Assembly: GCF_009834535.1 (NCBI RefSeq) | Contig: NC_045697.1 | Location: forward strand, 52,330,001 to 52,394,000 | Direction: 5' to 3' | DNA length: 64,000 bases | From: Camelus ferus | Lineage: Eukaryota | Part shown: one piece after another, positions 26,811 to 40,189 of the stretch | How positions within the stretch are numbered: the stretch's first letter is position 1 | Layout of the letters: each line of letters begins with the position of its first letter | Program-made: the position numbers and the translations under genes | Notes under the pieces: model-generated | What the model was told of the DNA's origin: nothing | Seen by the model: only the letters and a program-made list of their open reading frames with translations | The model's database searches: none

Positions 26811-28374
26811 CTGGAAAAATAACAAAGAAACCAGAGATTGTTTAGCACTGGGTACATATATTTGCTTCTCTTTGAAGTGAATGAAGAATTCTGTATTTGC
26901 TAACAGTTTATGGTAACAGCTTCATCAACAAATTAAACGAGGTGTCACACTGCAGAGAAATTATTTTTTAAATTGTCTTTGCATCACTTTTTCACTTGGC
27001 CAGAAATAATCTACTTGTACAGAACAGGTCAGAGAAAGTGTATGTGTGCATGTGTGTGTAGGCAGTGGTGAAGAATCAAAGATAACACATCCTTGAAATA
27101 CTGTACACTCTTCCTGTATGAAGCACAAAGGAGTCCTGGATAAGGATAAAATCTCAAGGCATATTGTAAAAATCTACACAAAAACATACTATTCTGTTTA
27201 GTTTTGGGGAGTCAGCATTGTGAGCACAGAGCAAGATGAATTCCACAAGGTAACCTGAAAATTCTGACGGCCTAGTTGAGAAGGGGGTCCAGTCCATTGA
27301 ACGGACACAAGGCCTCAGAGAAACAAAAACGCACGAAGGGCAGAAATACGATGACTTCACGAACTTTGCCAAAGAAAACATTTTTCACTCAAGGCTAGTG
27401 CTTAAAATCTCCTGCATGTGGAGAATTTCTTTTTCCACCACTTAAGTGTGGTCGCCACTAGCTGACAGCCTTGAAACCTCCTAAGTACCTACCTCTGGTC
27501 ATGACAAGGGCTAGGCTGTACGGGATGGGCATTAAACCCAAACCCTTCCCACGGAGCGGGGACAGAATGGCCATTTCTGAGTCAGTAGGGAAGCAGGGGC
27601 CTTTTAGTTACTTGGTGCTCCTCCACGGTGTCTAGTGGCACTGACAATGGCCTAAGAGCATTACTACCACACAGACAGCTGAGTTTCCCCATAAGGTATG
27701 TACACAGGGTAGTGCACAATCCGATCATTCAACAAGAATTTACTTAACACATTCAGCCCCCTGAACTCATGGGTTCTGCATCTGTGAAAAGGAAGGGCCA
27801 AATGAATATACCGAGCACTTGGCTTAGTGCTGGGATGCCACAGTGAACCAGACACAATTCATGTCTTCAAGAAGCTCACAGCCAAGTCATACACAAGGAA
27901 GTCTGCTCCCAGATAAAACCAGGGTTGGTTCAGCAGTTGTCACGTTATCTCAGGTTGAGTGTTCAGTCTTCCCGTGCAGCAGCTAGAGGAAGAGGGATCA
28001 GTGATGGGCTGAGTGGCTCCACTGTTCTCAAGACAAATGGTCTTTTGAAAGAGCAGCAACACTCCTGCAGTCAGGCATTCAACAGAAACTGAAGTGGAGA
28101 ATGGAATTACTTAGTGATGTGGGTATGAAAGGCGCAGCAGTGCTCAATTCTCGACCATTACCAGGCATCCAGAGCCTTGGGGACTAACTAGCAACAGAAT
28201 CAAAGATGGCCCATTTGGTCAGGAGCTTCTTTCCCTTCTGGAGGGCTGGCTTAGCTTTCTGGAGAAGTACACACAGAGGATCAGAAAGCCAGCTTTGGGA
28301 CTTTTAGGACCAACTTACATGAATCAGTAATTTCAAGCACAAAGAGATGGCAGGGATCAATTTGGGGAGAAAAT

Positions 28375-28600
28375 ACAGTACAGCAGTTAGAAGCACAGTT
28401 TCTATAGTTGGATTAGCTGAGTTAGAATTCCAGCACCATTATTTCCTGTCTGTAAACACTCATCCTTTCTTAGCTTCAGTTACTCCAACTGCAAAAGGTA
28501 GCCAAAATAATCCCTACACCTTCATCAGTTTGTTATAAAAATTAAATAAGTTTGAAAGTGTTTAACATATTATCTGCAACATCATATATGTTAACTCATG
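28375..28600 (+). mobile_element. MIR SINE remnant
   Basis: CAGTACAGCAGTTAGAAGCACAG...CTGAGTTAGAATTCCAGC...GCTTCAGTTACTCCAACTGCAAAAGG. Confidence 0.5.
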
Positions 28601-29299
28601 TTATTTCAAATTCCACAAAGCCTCTTTGGCTGCAGAAACCACTGGAATAACTAATCTAGTGCTAGGAGGTCCTCAAAAGGAATCTTGAATTCCAAGAAAC
28701 AAGAAATAAAAGCCCAGTAATAATATGAAACTGCCACTCAGAGCTCATTTTGGTTGGAAGTATCTGGAATCCCTGCAGAAAAAGGATGCCTCCCAGGGGC
28801 TGAATACTGGAGGAAACACCCGTTTCTTAAGTTTCGTGCAGCTAAGTTTTGACACAGGCAGTTCAGGATGGTCTGGAAAGAGATGGTCATGTGAAGCAAG
28901 GTCAGGACTAGATCAAGATGTTACAGTCATCTCTGGTCCAGCAGGTCATGAATCACTGAAAGACTAGAGGTCACTGGAAAGGCAAAAAAGAAGTTCTCTC
29001 TTCTTTATCACTCTTCCACTCCTTACTCAGCAAATCCAACTTGACAACTCAGATATCCTACAAGTTGTTCCAAAAGAGGGTAACAGTTATTAAAAAGGCA
29101 GTGCTCCTCCTTCTCCCCCCCCCCCCCAATAAACAGGAGAAGGGAAGTGGAGGGTAGCAAATGAAACCAATCTGCATTTCTTGGCAGAAGTTCCCACAGA
29201 GCCTGCATCTCTGGCCCTGCCATGGGAAAGATCTGCCTGACTGGCATCTCTACAAGCACTGGGAAAAGGCTGCTGCTTCTTTAGTTAGGAGAGGAGGCA

Positions 29300-29652
29300 T
29301 TCTCAGCTTTCCCTAAACTGAGCACTGAACCCCTAAACTTCCTCTTTTAGTAGTTTTCCCCATCTTAATTAATGGCAGCTTATTTTTTCCTATTGCTTAG
29401 GCCAAAAACTTTGGACCATTCACGCAACTCTTCCCTTTCTCTCACATCCTCCATCTAACAGGTCAGCAAATTACCTTCAAAGCATAGCCAGCACCCTGTC
29501 TCTTCCCATCACCTCCACTGCTATTACCACCCTTGTCTAAACCACAGCTTTATCTCATGTGGTTCCTGCTTCCTATCTCTTCTTCCTGCTCCTACACTCG
29601 CCCCCTTCAGGACGCTGCCAAGAACACTCATGTGAAAATCTAGGTCAGATAA
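29300..29652 (+). mobile_element. L2 LINE remnant, truncated at the MLT1D
   Basis: TTCCCCATCTTAATTAATGGCAGC...TTGCTTAGGCCAAAAACTTTGGA...TTCTCTCACATCC. Confidence 0.65.
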
Positions 29653-30171
29653 TGTGGAAGGCAGACCAAGCTCCCCTAAAGACGTTGAATCCCTATAACC
29701 TGTGAATATGTAATGTTACAAGGCCAGGGAGAACTAGAGGTGCAGGTAGAACTAAGGTTACTAATCAGATGACCTCAAGACTGGGGAAACTGTCCAGGAC
29801 TATTCCAGTGGGTCCAATGTAATCACAAGAATCCTTGTAAATGAAAGAGGGTGGCAGGAGAGTCAGTGTCAGCATGATGCAGCATGAGAAAGGCTTGCCT
29901 GGCCATTGCTAGCTTTGAAGATGGAGGAAAGGGGTCAAGAACCAAGGAATGTGGACAGCCTCCGAGAAGCTGGAAAAGCTAAGGCAACACGTCCTCTCCC
30001 CAAAGCCTTCAGAAAGAACGCAACCCTGCCAACACCTTGATTTTAGTCCACTGAGACCCATACTGAGACTCATTTCAGACTTCCGACCTCCAGATCTCAA
30101 GACAATAAATGCCCTGTGTTAAGCCACCATGTTTGCACAAATATGACAGAACAGCCATGGGAAACTAATTA
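29653..30171 (+). mobile_element. MaLR solo LTR (MLT1D-like)
   Basis: ACCTGTGAATATGTAATGTTACA...CCAATGTAATCACAAG...GCTTTGAAGATGGAGGAAAGGGG...CCCTGCCAACACCTTGATTTTAG...AATAAAT...TAAGCCAC. Confidence 0.85.
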
Positions 30172-33100
30172 CTAGTATAAACAAACAGTTATCTACTTTA
30201 GTTTAAGGATCAGTTTTCTTTGAAAGAACCCCTCAGCAATGTCACTCTTGTCAAGTGTGGCACTATTTATCACACTGTAAGTAACAAAGTAGCTAAAAAG
30301 ACAAATGCTAATAATTCAGGATTACGTTTCTTAAAGTGTATGGGGAAAAAAAAGCTACTCTACTAATAATATTGCTTAACCTCATTAAAAACCACAGCCA
30401 GGGTGACATGTTCTGTGTAATATACTCACTTCTATTTCCCCTTCCTTCCCCTTAAATTGGACAATACAGTTCAGGCTCAGCAGAATCACTCCTGGGGAGT
30501 ATTTATTCTAAGACATTCATTTCTAAGATATTGGATCTGGTTTAAACTTCACAGTCAAGGAAATTGATTTTTTTCCCAGGCCACTTTTGTATTCAACTCT
30601 AAATCCTCTAATTAGTGAAGACAGGTAGGGGTGTTATTTGAGCAGGCTATTCAGTTCCTACCCTATACTAAAATTAAACTTTAATCTGAAAGACGCAAAA
30701 CCAACAGGAGAACTAGAAAGTGCCCTAAAAATGTCAACTGAGAACATACAGCTTACTAGATACACTCTAAGATCTGGGTACAGGAGCTTAGAATCTGACT
30801 TTAAGGAGATAAGAATCACAAGAAGTGCCCTTATCACATTTCCAAACATTTAGAAAAAGAAACAGACACGAACTTCATTTTTTTTTAGTTTATTTTGCAT
30901 TCCATCTTTTTCAAACTTGATCTCTTTCAAAAACTCCAAAATAGTACCCTTTTTGTGTCAATATATAAATAGAGAAATCAAATTAGAAACCCATCGTTCC
31001 TAATTTCCTACCAGCTATTACCGGTAATGATTCAAAGCAGAAGTACCACAGTTTTCATGAGAAAACTGTTCCCACAAGATTTCACACCCACTCTTGTGTA
31101 TTCAGATGCCTCAAATTTAGCTCAAACATCATAACTTACAGGTCCATCCAATCAAACACTAAGTCTCTCCAGGCTCCAACTTCAACATCCTAGGAATATA
31201 AACTATACAATCTAAGTGAAACACAAATTAAGGTAACTCATATACATTAAGGACTTATATTTTTTAATTTGTTTTTTTTTTAATGGCACACACACGTGCT
31301 ACAGCGTGATAATTCCTACCTCCATTCACAAAGGGGGAACAGAAAAGTGTATTTCAACTAAGATTCAATATAAGATAACCATTATATCACAATGGTTTTG
31401 AGCTTTTTTATTTTCATTTACCATCTTTTAGTTATAAAAATGAAGAGGAGAAAATATTTCTGTCCTCTGCAGAATTAATTACAAGATATCTCAATTAATC
31501 TAAATAAGAAGCAACCAGCTTAAATATCTAAACTACCAAGGCAAAGGAGAAATTAAGTGGATGGGAAGGGAAATTCAATTTACCATACACTGTTCTCTTG
31601 TTCTTGGGTAAAAACAACCAAATAAATCTATTATACACATCCTCTTCATGAAGGATGATACTGTATTAATTATTAAGAGAGTCATAATCATTGAGACACC
31701 AACAGTGAGAAGCTAGTTAATTTACAGGGGGAAAAATATGAATTTGGTTCCCAGGAAGCCCCGGAGGACATTTGGTTTTCACTTTGCGAGGACAGCAGCT
31801 GCTTTTAAATTAACTGAGGGGAAGGCTGTGAGCCTGCAGAGCGGTTCTCAATGGATGGAGCTGTTACAGAGACCAGCCCAGCAGCAGGCACCCTGTGGGT
31901 ACTCAATAAATATTCATTCAAGATGTCAATTCCTCTCATGATCGCTGTGCTTAGAAAATGCTAAACAACAGTGTAAAAATGCATTTATTCTAGATGGACA
32001 AAAAAGTATTCTGGACAAACGTGCTTTTTGGCAGTCATGAAAAGGCACAAAATACCATGAAATTTTAAAAATGTGACCCTCCCAACAGCCAATACTACAC
32101 AGCACTATAAAAGGAAATAAGCATTCATATCAGTACAGCAATCATCATGCACTGTACTCTGAATCAATAAAACCTACTATAATTAGAATTCAATGAAAAG
32201 ACTCTAGGATTTTGAAGCCATGAGTTCCAGAGTCAGAGATATCCAGGGAACAACGAAGGGAGTGGGAATGGGAAATTTATCTGGGAGGAGCTTAGCATCG
32301 GCTAGTAGAAGTCACCAGAAAAGCAAGCTGTTTTCCCAAGCAGGGGACAGAGGGGAGTAAGCCTCAGGAAGCAGCTCAGCAGGGATGTTGAGGAGACTTC
32401 AGCATCTTCTGCCTCAAACTGAGCAGTGGAACAAAGACTCCAGTGACTGAGTACCAGAAGCAAATGAGCAAACCACACAGGAAGATTATGTCTCAGTCTG
32501 GTCACTATATTCTAAATTGAAATGGAAAATCTGGAGCTGACTCAGAGAAGGATGACCAGAGGAAGAGAAGTCCAGAAAACACATCACATAGAAAAGGATG
32601 GGAGGCCTTAAGAAGTTGGAGGGACAAACGGCCTTCAAAACTGTGCGGTCTGTCATACAAAAGAAAGACTAAACATATTCTGCGTAGTTTCAGAGGGATG
32701 GGCAGCCCCTGAGGACAGAGGTTGTGGAAAGGCAGGCTTGTGCCTCTATCAGGAAGGCCTTCAGAGATGTGACATTCCCGTTCTGGGAAGCATGCAAGCA
32801 GCCCACAGCTGACCACGTGTCAGAAATGAAGAGACAACGTTGGAACAGACGGTATCCAAAGTCCTAAATTCAATCATGAAGACCCAATTATCAAAATTTC
32901 TTGACCCTCTAACAGGATCTTGTTGGATATAACCCCCACCCCCAAACCATTATAATAAAGGGTTCTAGGCTTTTAAATGGAAGGCGGTTTTATAATTTAT
33001 ATTAAGGTACAAAAATTTAAAGATTTAGAAGAATAGTAAGTCATATGTATAAATTAGACAATCTGGAAATAGAGTAGTAGGCCATTTTGTGTTACTAGAT

Positions 33101-35225
33101 GGATTTCAATGCTGGTGACACTTCCATTATGGACAAGAAAGCTGATAGCACTGAAGGCCAACAAGGCATCATGGTCAAAATGACTTCTGTCCAGACTGCC
33201 TCTGTGCCACCATTAAAAGCTCTCACAAAATACTTTGGCCAATCAACACTCCCTAAATCTTTTTCAGGCTCAATTCCAATTGATTGTATTTCTTGTCATA
33301 TGTCCATAAGAACTGAAGTATTTGTAATCTTTGTTAAATGTTTTAACAGACTGATTTGTGTTTATAACCAAATATCCCTCTGTCATTCTTAAGAAAAAAA
33401 AATACGAAAATCAGTTTTGGATTAATAACAAATTTGACTTTAAAAATTTCTTTCCTGGTACAAAACAACACAAGAATTTGAAAATCTGATTCCCCTTCAC
33501 TGACAGTAAAGTCACTTTCTGAGTGAGTTTCAGTGGCATGATGTGGTCTAATGTTTCTGCAAGAACCAGCCAAACGTCATCCAGCATTACTAACACTAGA
33601 CTGGGGCAGAGAATACAGGCCCGTTACGTCTTACTTGTGTTTGGATGCATTATTCGTTTCAGTTTGACGGTTTTTACCATTCACCAAGAAAGGTTCTGAG
33701 AGAAAAAAAAAACAGAATAGGGATGTCACCTGATTCTTGTAAAGAGTTGTTTATACAACTCTTCCAACATTAACAACATCCAACATTAATAGAATTGTCA
33801 CAGGGCAAAATGTCAACTAAGAATTGTGGTTCCAAAAATACAGCTAGTTGTGGAATCTTAGATTGTGTTTTATGTGGATAAAAATTGAATGTGTCACCTA
33901 ACTAAAATGCTCATTTTGTTTTCATGGAAATTCCTGAAGCCCTGCACTTTCTTCTCATCCATAAAGCCAGCTCCTCAAAAACCACCAAAGTGTGAGCCCA
34001 TAGTAAAGAGTAAGCATGAATGGTCCAGAAGGATCAAAATGAATCACCTGATTTAAAAACTCAAAAATCTAACTGGTTCAACAAATATACATTAGGTTCC
34101 TACTATGTTCCATGCCCATGAATTACTTGCTTTGTATCCGTACCATCTAATATTGTATCAAGCAGACATTAGAGTTACAATAATTTTTTTTCAATACTGA
34201 ATGAATATACTAATTAACTATAGGATATAGAATATTGGAGTTTTTTTTTTTTTAAAGAAGGATGTCAAAGAACATTCTGCTCAAATGTCATCTAAATAAA
34301 ATGTAGAAGTTGTCAAAGCTATTAATGTGACCTGAAACTTACTGATTTTGTTCATTAAATGACAATAACAACCAACAGGCATATTGAAGAATCTTACCAC
34401 CACATCAATCCATGCCAGGGTTAGACCTGCTACTTATTCTAAGAGGGGTAAAAAGAGGAAATCAAGTAGTTCTTTCAGAAAGACATTCTCATGTCAGTTA
34501 CATACATCAGCAGGCCATACTGCATTTGACAATATTAAGGTATAGATAATTTTGCCTAATTCAGAGGCTCTACAGCTTTAAGTTCTACACTCACAGTCCT
34601 GCTCTATCTTTAAGCTGACTGCTTTCGTTTTGCCACCACACACTGTAGTCTCGTCATCTTTGCTCCAAGAGAACCATCACTTGTTGGTATGGGGCTTTGG
34701 AAGAACATGTCCTGTTAATGCCTCGAGCTATCTGCTGCAGAAGATCACAGATTACGCTGTGATGCTCCTTCAGGAAGTTTTGATGCCAAAACACTGGCGA
34801 AAGATTTGAGGCTGTTGTAACAGAACTGTAACTGTATCGGTTAACAGACTCATGCACCCCTCGAAAAGGAACAGGGAGCACAAAGGAGGCAGCCAGTGGG
34901 GTACTGTTACCCCACCCACGTGCCACTGAGCATTAGGGCTCTCTGTAAGTTCCTGAGAGATAAATCAAGTTCCTGATGGACAGGCTAGCAAAGGCAAAAC
35001 ATTTCATCTTTAATGTTAATACTGATGGACTGCTAGTGGCTTTATGAGGGAGGGAAAGCATGAATAAGTGACACTGGTCTAGGCAAAGATAATGAGAGAC
35101 TGAAATAGGGGAAGAGAAGAGTAAGTGTAAAGGAGAGTGATTATAATAGGATAATCAAGGGAGCTGTGACGAGTTTAATTTGATAAAGAAAAACTTGGAG
35201 AGGTAAATATGATCGATAGTATCTT

Positions 35226-35691
35226 CTGTCACACCAGATCCACTTTCTGCTCTTTTCCACCAGGCTCTTTCCCTTCGGAGGCTGGTCAGTGAGGTCTACA
35301 GTAGGCTCCCTTGCTCTCCAGATTCCAGCAGGGTTCAGCCTGCAGCAACCTGTGCACACCATCAGGGGGAAGATATCAAAGTATCGATTCCCAAAGCTAT
35401 ATTCCTTTGAGGCTGCCTCAGGCTGGCTAAACCCCTCAATCCAAGGTCACGGTGCCTCGGACAAAAGCTCTATCTTCCATTCTCTCTTCTCCCAGGTTCC
35501 AGCAACCCCTCCCTCTCCACATCTTTTGAGTCAGGGAGTAACAACCCCACTCTTACTCTCACAGGACACGGCACTCTCCCTTGTGGTTTCTCTAAATCTA
35601 ACCTCACCTTTGTAACTAATGCTTTTATTCAACCCCTCAGATGATTCTAATTTGAGTGTATAATTTACTTCCTGCTCTGGGACTCTGATAC
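35226..35691 (+). mobile_element. ERVL solo LTR (LTR33-like)
   Basis: TGTC start; ends CTTTGTAACTAATGCTTTTATT...TAATTTGAGTGT...TTCCTGCTCTGGGACTCTGATACA, like the recalled LTR33 3' end. Confidence 0.6.
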
Positions 35692-36035
35692 ACCAAATGT
35701 GATTTTAAGATTTTGATCCTGCGTGGCTGTGAGGAGAGGCAGTGTTATCAGGTGAGATAAGCAATACAGGGAGATGCATATGCTCAAATGTGAAAAGAAA
35801 ACCCTACATTTTGAATTTGCTATACAGCAATCATGGATCACTCACAGACAGAGGTTGGCAGCCACTGCAAAACCAGACCTGGCAAAAAGATAATACAAAT
35901 CTTGGGAAATCTGTAAGTCCTGATCATTAATATAAGAACACGTTGAATACAAATAATTTATTTAATTTATAAGATGGAATCAGAAAACTCTTTTTAAAAT
36001 TATAGAATACTAGTGCTTAAAAGAATATGGACGTA

Positions 36036-37733
36036 CCAATACAAGATGAGGAATGAGGATATTGTACCCATTAACATATATGCACCCAATATAGGAGCAC
36101 CTAAATATATAAAACAAATACTGACAGGCATAAAGGGAGAAACTGATGGGAATACAATAATCGTAGGAGACTTTAACACCCCACTAACATCACTGGACAG
36201 GTGTTCCATACAGAAAATCAATAAGGTAACAGAGATACTAAATGACATAACAGAACGACTGGACTTGTTGATATTTTTAGGACATTACATCCCCAAAGAA
36301 CAGAATATACATTCTTTTCAAGTGCTCATGGAACATTTTTTAGGACAGACCACATACTCAGGCACACCAGAAGCTTCAACAAATTTAAGAAGATAGAAAC
36401 TATCTGAAGCATCTTTTCTGACCACAAGGGCATGAAACTAGAAATCAACCACAGAAAAACAAATCAGAAAAAAACAACTGCATGGAGACTAAACAACATG
36501 CTACTAAAAAACCAATGGGTCAACGATGAAATCAAAGAAGAAATTAAAAAATACTTTGAGACAAATGACAATGAAAACACAATCACACAAAATCCATGGG
36601 TTGCAGCAAAAGCAGTCCTAAGAGGGAAGTTCATAGCGATACAGGCCTTCCTCAAAAAACAAGAACAATCTCAAATAAACAACCTAACCTACCACCTAAA
36701 AGAATTAGAAAAAGAGAACAAACAAAACCCACAGTCAGCAGAAGGAAAGAAATAATAAAGATCAGGGAGGAAATAAATAGAATAGAGATTAAAAAACAAC
36801 AGAAAAATCAATCAAACCAAGAGCTGATTTTTTGAAAAAGTAAACAAAATTGACAAACCTCTGGCCAGGCTCACCAAGAAGAAAAGGGAGAGGACACAAA
36901 TAAACAAAATAAGAAATGAAAATGGAGAAATTACAACCAACACCACAGAAATACAAAAAATCATAAGAGGATACTGTGAACAACTATATGGCAAAATAAA
37001 TTGGACAACTCAGAAGAAATGGACAAGTTTCTAGAAACATACAGTCCATCAAAACAATCAAGAAGAAACAGATCACTTGAACAGACCAATCACTAGAAGT
37101 AAAATAGAATCAGCAATAAAAAAAACCTCCCTGAAAAGAAAAGTCTGGGACCAGATGGCTTCACTGGGGAACTCTATCAAACATACAAAGAAGAGCTCAT
37201 ACTGATCCTTCTCAAACTCTTTCAAAAGACTGAAGAGGAGGGGATACTCCCCAACTCATTCTATGAAGCCCCCATCACCCTGATACCACAGCCAGATAAA
37301 GACACTACCAAAAAAGAAAACTATAGGCCAATATTATTGATGAACATAGATGCAAAAATGATCAACAAAATATTAGCAAACAGAATCCAACAACACATAA
37401 AAAAAAACCATACACCATGATCAAGTTGGGTTCATCCCAGGGACACAAGGATGGTTCAACATATGCAAGTCAATCAATGTGATATACCACATCAACAAGA
37501 GAAAGGACAAAAATCACATGATCATCTCAATAGATGCAGAAAAAGCACTTGATAAAATTCAACACCCATTTATGATAAAAATTCTAACTAAACTGGGTAT
37601 AGAGGGAACATATCTCAACATAATAAAAGCTATTTATGACAAACCTACAGCCAGCATAATAGTCAATGGTGAAAAGTTGAAAGCCTTCCCACTAAAATTT
37701 GGAACAAGACAAGGATGTCCACTCTCACCACTT
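36036..37733 (+). mobile_element. Internal L1 ORF2 fragment (endonuclease C-terminal half to reverse transcriptase N-terminal part), frameshifted
   Basis: ORF-track peptides NIYAPNIGAPKYIKQIL...IIVGDFNTPLTSLDR, WRLNNMLLKNQWV and [19 protein letters not shown]...[10 protein letters not shown] are L1 ORF2p motifs; several frameshifts and stops. Confidence 0.96.
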
Positions 37734-38239
37734 TGCTCATTATTCTGTTTTCATATATTCAACATTTTCCAACATTTCTCAACATTTAGCCATGTCTGAG
37801 AAACTACCTGCTTGGGCTCTTACAAAGGGGCAATTTCTTTAAGTCCTGAAGAGCTATTATCAATTTGGGACTTACTGCTGGGAAAAAAAAGGTGGTGTCT
37901 ACATAAACAGTTTAAATAATCTCTATTCATCTTAAGGGCAAAATTAACTTTTTTTTGCTAACTTACGAGTGCTTCCCAAATTTTCCACTTTTCTACCTAC
38001 TATGCCAAAGTAATATCAGACTTTGGTAAGTGGAAGAGATAAAAAGAATGATGATTCCCAAAGTGTAAGCCAAAAAAAAAAAAAAAAAGAGGAAAAAATG
38101 CCCAATGAATTAGTAATTAAAAAGGAAACATCTCAATAAAGAAGATGAAACCATCCTCGAAGACTAGCCAGGAATCTTTTCTAGAAATAATTTACACCAT
38201 TGAAGAGGTGGACTGAGTGAGCACATTTCCTGGTATGTG

Positions 38240-38384
38240 AACTGGTGTCACAAACTCAAATGTTTTCAGGGACAAGCCCTCAATCTGAATGTGTGAAGCA
38301 GCCAAGTCTTAGACCACAGAAAGTTGTGATGACAATAACTACCTACTTGCAAAGAGCAGGTTCCCCTTAAGCCCTCAAGTGTGC

Positions 38385-38422
<38 letters not shown>

Positions 38423-38492
38423 ACAAACTGGGCTAAACAAAGAATGGCTGGGGGCTGAATTCTGCCTGTGGACCACCAGTCTGTGATGTCCA
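38240..38492. mobile_element. hAT-Charlie DNA transposon remnant (MER102-like) containing a (TG)n tract
   Basis: GTGTCACAAACTCAAATG start and GGCTAAACAAAG...CTGCCTGTGGACCACCAGTCTGTGA end resemble recalled MER102. Confidence 0.55.
38379..38420. repeat. (TG)n microsatellite with TGCG interruptions at its left end
   Basis: GTGTGCGTGCGTGTGTGT... seen directly. Confidence 0.95.
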
Positions 38493-38581
38493 CTGAAGGC
38501 AAAGTTGGACACTTCTCTCTCCACCTCACTGCAAGGAAACTTTCCGTTCTTTGGGCCAGCTAGTTCAGGACATTTCATTAT

Positions 38582-38914
38582 TGCTGTGGTCTGAATACCG
38601 TGTCCCACTAAAATCTCTCTGAGGAAATTCTAACCCACAAAGAAGATGATATTAAGGAGGTGGGGCCTTAGGCAGAGTATGAGGATGGAGCCTTTGTGAA
38701 CGGCATTAGTGTTCCTATAAAGGGCTCCCTAGCCCTTCTACCATCTGAGGACGCAGTGAAAAGATGCTGCCATAAACCAAGAAGAAGGTCCTCACCTGAC
38801 CACGCTGGCCCCCAACCTTGGACTTGCAGCCTCTACAACTATCAGAAATAAATTTCTGGTGTTTATAGGCCCCCAGTCTCTGATATTGTTACAGCTGCCC
38901 AAACAGACTAAGAC
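38582..38914 (+). mobile_element. MaLR solo LTR (MLT1A-like)
   Basis: TGCTGTGGTCTGAAT...GGAGGTGGGGCCTT...GGACTTGCAGCCTCTACAACT...AGAAATAAATTTCTG...CAGACTAAGAC. Confidence 0.85.
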
Positions 38915-39621
38915 CATCATCAACCCTCCCCTTTATTTTCCATTTTATAAGAAATATCAGAGAGTCAAAAGATTTCCTAGCTGAAAGTGAATATGTTAGT
39001 TTTCAGTTTCATTTCCCAGGAATTAAAAGGAGGAACTTCATCAATTGCATCTCCTGTCTTCCAAAGTCCCCGCACTCCTTCTACACAAAACACAAGAGGA
39101 GAGATTTCATGAGATGCCAGCTGGATGGAGCAGTTCACTGATAAAAATCAGGTATACGCGGGATTACTAAGAATGACTGACATCCTAAAACAGTGAGAAT
39201 TGAACTGTAAAGCAAAGGATTATCTCAGTTTCATTCTGCAGGTAAAAAACCAAAATGCCATTAACTAAATGCTGGTCTTATCTCATAGTCTCTCAAGGAA
39301 CCATAGTTTTGATTTTAAGCTCCCCCAGGCATATTAATGGGAGACAGGATGTCTGCACAACCCAGCTCCATTATCTGTGTTTCCATACTACGACATTCAT
39401 CATTATGGGAAGGGAAGGTTGGCTCAGACAACAATCATATCTTATACCAATACTTGTGTAACAACACAGTTTAAGTTTACTCCCAGAGCTCATAATTCAA
39501 CTACTAAATTACTCACATGTAAGTAAAGCTGATGATCAAAGAACTCTGTATCAAAATTCCTGATTAATATGAAAAGAGTTTTTGCTTACTTAAACACACT
39601 ATGGATTTAAAAGGTCTCTTT

Positions 39622-39737
39622 CTTTTTTTTTAACTCCGTAGTTTTTTAGCTTTATACAGATATTGATATAAAATATATGTAAGTTTAAGGTCCACAACAT
39701 GATGATTCAAAACAACACCACACTGGGAAATGATTAC
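39622..39737 (-). mobile_element. Short L1-type 3' end with 13-bp TSD
   Basis: T-tract then TTTTAGCTTTAT...TGTAAGTTTAAGGTCCACAACATGATGATT...GAAATGATTAC (reverse of an L1MA-like terminus); flanked by AAAAGGTCTCTTT at 39609-39621 and 39738-39750. Confidence 0.7.
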
Positions 39738-39752
39738 AAAAGGTCTCTTTAT

Positions 39753-39873
39753 AAATAAATACTTAATTGGCTTCATTTCATCCTGACTAATATTTCTGTC
39801 AATGTGATTATATTAGAAAATATGTTTATTCTTTGAAAATAAAACCATGTCTGATATAAAAAAATAAAAATAA
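39753..39873 (+). pseudogene. Unidentified polyadenylated retro-insertion (candidate processed-mRNA 3' end or orphan L1 transduction)
   Basis: AATAAA at 39838-39843, A-rich tail from 39858, and a perfect 15-bp duplication AAAAGGTCTCTTTAT at 39738-39752 and 39874-39888. Confidence 0.6.
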
Positions 39874-40189
39874 AAAAGGTCTCTTTATTAACTTGTGCAT
39901 TTTTATACAGAATATACCTAACTTTTTCCTTTCAGTCCAGTTGGAATCATGACAGTCAGGATTTAGGCTAGAATTATGTGAGCAAAGTGCTTGGAAGGGT
40001 TTTCAAAGCTGGACTACAATTATGTTAAAAATATGTATGCACACAGACAAAGACTAGAAAGCAATTTTTTAAACACGCAAAATTATATTGGGAAGGTAGA
40101 ACTACAAGTGCCTTTTTCATTTTGTAATACTGTATTATTCTTGATATTGTGGAAATTCAATGAAAACGACTTAAAGCTCAGGTACTTAC

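Noticed and set aside
33099..33392. 97-aa ORF in a repeat-poor stretch as a pseudogene or conserved element
   Set aside because: No protein recognised, and no tail or TSD; conservation cannot be judged without an alignment.
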